Source: Phormidesmis sp. (lineage in GTDB: Bacteria; Cyanobacteriota; Cyanobacteriia; Leptolyngbyales; Leptolyngbyaceae). From it: a stretch of 64,000 nucleotides of DNA. Location of the stretch: positions 2,144,001 to 2,208,000 of the forward strand of contig CBDFJR010000002.1 in assembly GCA_965248535.1 (NCBI GenBank), read 5' to 3'. Below the pieces are notes generated by a model. The model was not told the DNA's origin. It did not search any database and saw nothing but the letters and a program-made list of their open reading frames with translations. Below are positions 60,973 through 64,000 of the stretch, piece by piece; the first letter of the stretch is position 1, and each line of letters opens with the position of its first letter. A program made the position numbers and the translations under genes.

Positions 60973-61450
60973 CGAGACTTTCTCCACTAAGCTATGTCAG
61001 CTTAAGTAGGCAAAGCGCCTAACGTTAGACATTTTTGGGGCGGCTGTTGGGCAAAACCTTGAGAATGTGTCGTGGCGTGATCTGCACCTACTTAGTCAAA
61101 CGTTGACGGTCTTGGCAAAAACGGTGAATCAGGGATGTGAATAAGTCACTAACCGTCCATTCCTCAACACGTAAACTTTTCTTTCTTTATGTTTCCCTAA
61201 TGTAGCGAGGGCTAAACAGATGCAACTAGGGAGGAAAACCGCCGTAAAAGAGAACGGGTGAAGGACGGTCAGGGGAGGGGTTAGAGGCGGTTATTACCCT
61301 TGACTTGGGCAGGGTCTTATGAGCAAAATCTTAATATTTCTATCTCTTGAGAGACTTTAATTTCAGCGATATACTGCCTGCGAAGCGAGAACGTTCTTGC
61401 GTCAAAGACTCACCTCTCGATCGTGCACTAACTTTTGGAGACTTCTAAGA

Positions 61451-61718
61451 ATGAATATTATTGCTTGGGCTATTTTGGGCATTGTGGCAGGGGCGATCGC
61501 CAAGCTGCTTTACCCTGGCGATCAGGGTGGCAACATTCTCAGCACAATGATTTTGGGAATTCTTGGCGCATTTTTGGGCGGCAGTGTGGTGACGTTGGTG
61601 ACAACAGGCACGATTTCTCTAGCAACGCTTCCTGGGGTTCCGGGGCTGGTGGTGGCGATTTTGGGAGTCTATGATTGCGATCTTCTTGTGGGGATTGATC
61701 GCTCGCGACGTGGTTTAA
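61451..61718 (+). pseudogene. GlsB/YeaQ/YmgE stress-response membrane protein, apparent +1 frameshift near 61666
   Basis: MNIIAWAILGIVAGAIAKLLYPG...LGILGAFLGG; removing one base at 61666-61667 restores ...VAILGSMIAIFLWGLIARDVV* (TAA 61716-61718). Confidence 0.65.
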
Positions 61719-61949
61719 CTCATTCTGACTGACAAATTTTGAACTTTCCCTAGATTTAGTTCGGCTGTCAGCGTGCAGGTTTTCCGCGCCGGAAGGGTTC
61801 GCCGTGCTACCTGTGCGTGAGTCCTCCGGCTTAATTTTTGACACTTTGACAAAACCCCAACTTCAGATTGTTTACAAACGGTGCGTCTTGATCTAAACAG
61901 ATAGATGGAAAACGAATCTCTAAGCCGCGATCGTCAGTGAGAATTTGAT

Positions 61950-63425
61950 ATGTATATTGTGCAAATTGCATCGGAATGCGCCCCCGTCATCAAGGCTGGA
62001 GGGTTAGGCGATGTCGTCTATGGCCTCAGTCGAGAATTAGAAAATCGCGGCAACACCGTCGAGCTAATTTTGCCGATGTATGACTGCATGAGATTCGATC
62101 ACATTTGGGGGTTGCACGACGCTTACCGCGATTTGTCAGTGCCTTGGAATGGGGGCGCGATCGTCTGTGACGTTCACTGCGGTTGGGTGCATGGGCGATT
62201 GTGTTTCTTTATCAAGCCTAAGTCAGAAGAAGGGTTCTTCGATCGCGGCGTTTACTATGGCAGTTCAGATGACACGATGCGGTTTGCTTTCTTTAGCAAA
62301 GCCGCTTTAGAATTCTTACTCAGAAGCAATAAACGACCGGATGTGATCCACTGCCACGATTGGCAAACGGGATTAATTCCCGTGATGTTGTTCGAGATTT
62401 ATAAATATCATGGCATGGCTGATCAGCGCGTTTGCTATACCATTCACAATTTCAAGCATCAGGGCATTACTGGAAGTGACATTCTTAAAGCCACTGGGCT
62501 AAATCAAGAGGATTATTATTTTCAATACGATCGCTTGCGCGATAACTTCAATCCTTTCGCGCTCAATGTGATGAAAGGCGGCATTGTCTACTCAAATTTT
62601 GTCAATACGGTGTCCCCCCATCACGCTTGGGAAGCGCACTACACCGAAGTTGGCTGTGGGTTGAGTCACACGATTCACCTCAACGAAGAGCGATTTTCGG
62701 GAATTCTCAACGGCATTGACGATCAGTTTTGGAACCCAGAGAGCGATCGCTACATTCCATCTCACTACAGCAAAGATGATTTGACCGCCAAAGCAAAAAA
62801 TAAAAAGGCGTTGAGAGAGCGTCTGTTGCTGCAAGATTCAGATAAGCCGCTCATTTGTTATATCGGGCGGTTAGATGAGCAAAAAGGTGTTCATCTTGTT
62901 CATCACGCGATTTATTATGCCCTCAAAAAAGGGGCACAGTTTGTCTTATTGGGGTCAGCAACCGAGCCGGGAATTAATGCCAAGTTTCAGCACGAAAAAG
63001 CATTTCTCAATGAGAATCCCGACTGTCATTTAGAGTTAGGCTTCAACGAAGAATTATCTCATTTAATCTATGCCGGAGCCGATATGATTGTCGTCCCTAG
63101 CAACTATGAGCCATGCGGATTGACGCAGATGATTGGGCTGCACTATGGCACCGTTCCGATCGTGCGAGGCGTTGGTGGTTTATTGGATACAGTCTTCGAT
63201 CGAGACTATGATTCCAGTCAGCCGCCCCAAAAACGCAACGGCTATGTGTTCTACCAAACCGACGAAAAAGCCCTAGAATCGGCGATGGATAGAGCGATCG
63301 GGCTTTATCAACACGCCCCCGAAGAGTATGAACAACTGGTCATTCAAGGGATGAACTATGACTATTCATGGCACAATCCGGCCGAGGAATATTTGAAGAT
63401 TTACGAGTTTATTCGTCACAAATAA
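61950..63425 (+). CDS. glgA: glycogen synthase
   Basis: SECAPVIKAGGLGDV, IHCHDWQTG, TIHNFKHQG, GILNGID, GRLDEQKG, PSNYEPCGLTQM. Confidence 0.95.
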   Translation: MYIVQIASECAPVIKAGGLGDVVYGLSRELENRGNTVELILPMYDCMRFDHIWGLHDAYRDLSVPWNGGAIVCDVHCGWVHGRLCFFIKPKSEEGFFDRGVYYGSSDDTMRFAFFSKAALEFLLRSNKRPDVIHCHDWQTGLIPVMLFEIYKYHGMADQRVCYTIHNFKHQGITGSDILKATGLNQEDYYFQYDRLRDNFNPFALNVMKGGIVYSNFVNTVSPHHAWEAHYTEVGCGLSHTIHLNEERFSGILNGIDDQFWNPESDRYIPSHYSKDDLTAKAKNKKALRERLLLQDSDKPLICYIGRLDEQKGVHLVHHAIYYALKKGAQFVLLGSATEPGINAKFQHEKAFLNENPDCHLELGFNEELSHLIYAGADMIVVPSNYEPCGLTQMIGLHYGTVPIVRGVGGLLDTVFDRDYDSSQPPQKRNGYVFYQTDEKALESAMDRAIGLYQHAPEEYEQLVIQGMNYDYSWHNPAEEYLKIYEFIRHK

Positions 63426-63439
63426 GCTTGTGGTCGGGC

Positions 63440-63538
63440 GATCGACTCATTAATCGGTGTCTAAATCTAGCGATGAACGTAATGAATTCTGTCAATTTTG
63501 TTTTGGAGATCAGCAGCGATGATCCAAGTAAAGAGTGA
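63440..63538 (+). pseudogene. C-terminal remnant of a PIN-type toxin gene
   Basis: DRLINRCLNLAMNVMNSVNFVLEISSDDPSKE* resembles PIN C-termini (D.RL......V.NP..F); overlaps the start of the next ORF. Confidence 0.4.
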
Positions 63539-63734
63539 ACAACAGATCTTACAGGAAGGATTACAAATTCTTCTATCAAATATGGAGCCATCCGAGGTGG
63601 CTCGGTTTTGGGCAGCCTGCAATTTAGGAGGGAGTAACTATCTCAACTTGAAGGATGAACTTTTTGCACAAGAATCAGTAGATAGTCTATATTCCAAAAT
63701 TCTAGATTTTCAGTCGTCGGCACAGGAAGTCTAA
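63519..63734 (+). CDS. small hypothetical protein, probable TA partner
   Basis: MIQVKSEQQILQEGLQILLSNMEPSEVARFW...GGSNYL; GGAG SD before ATG 63519. Confidence 0.6.
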   Translation: MIQVKSEQQILQEGLQILLSNMEPSEVARFWAACNLGGSNYLNLKDELFAQESVDSLYSKILDFQSSAQEV

Positions 63735-63873
63735 TAACGCCGTAGAGCATTCGCGCAGAGTCTTCATGCCGCGTTCTAGTGTAGGCTGTTGCCTAATTCA
63801 ACCGAGAAATATTTGAAGATTTACGAGTTTATTCGTCACAAATAAGCGTGTGTGCAATGTTCCACGCAATCAG

Positions 63874-64000
63874 CTAACAAATGCGATCGCGCCCTTCGCT
63901 CTTGGCTCGATAGAGGGCTTGGTCTACCTGCATCAGCAATTGTTCTGGGGCAGTTTCCTCGCTAGGGATCAGACTGGCAACCCCAAAACTGACCGTCACA
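63874..64000 (-). CDS. C-terminal end of a GGDEF (diguanylate cyclase) domain protein, cut by the window edge
   Basis: Minus strand reads VTVSFGVASLIPSEETAPEQLLMQVDQALYRAKSEGRDRIC*. Confidence 0.85.
   Translation of the reverse strand, partial: VTVSFGVASLIPSEETAPEQLLMQVDQALYRAKSEGRDRIC

Larger units (their letters stand above)
63382..63847 (+). repeat. direct repeat of the glgA 3' end
   Basis: 63382-63427 recurs at 63802-63847 (45/46 identical; 40 bp perfect), offset 420 bp. Confidence 0.9.

Overview
A 64-kb window of cyanobacterial chromosome. Evidence: dense HIP1 GCGATCGC octamers and the genes sqdB/sqdX, cpcT, cruA-like, an SLH porin, cofH and glgA; the gene content suggests a filamentous Leptolyngbya-like strain (inference). 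Most genes are housekeeping or general-stress genes, interrupted by AT-richer accessory blocks. (1) 13.5-22.9 kb is a protease/cell-envelope conflict island. A membrane pentapeptide-repeat protein and a caspase-like CHAT protein share a 23-aa G/S/N-rich motif (17/23 identical, mostly with different codons), a candidate amyloid/RHIM-like homotypic signalling pair. The island also holds a trypsin fused to an apparently dead amidase, a Trypco1 + trypsin-TM-TPR pair, Uma2 and a GH108 muramidase. (2) 26.1-28.5 kb is a coupled two-gene operon beside a PIN toxin-antitoxin pair: a HEPN-like protein plus a P-loop ATPase ending in a Zn ribbon and an RNA-polymerase-alpha-CTD/HhH-like domain, a candidate undescribed anti-phage system. 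(3) Small PIN-type TA cargo is twice bracketed by a duplicated 3' gene end. Also seen: a REP-like palindrome family including a 5 x ~53-bp array (not CRISPR), a MITE, two apparent +1 frameshifts and a recurrent 16-bp palindrome upstream of stress genes. No rRNA, tRNA or CRISPR was recognised. All protein calls come from motif recognition by eye, not database searches.
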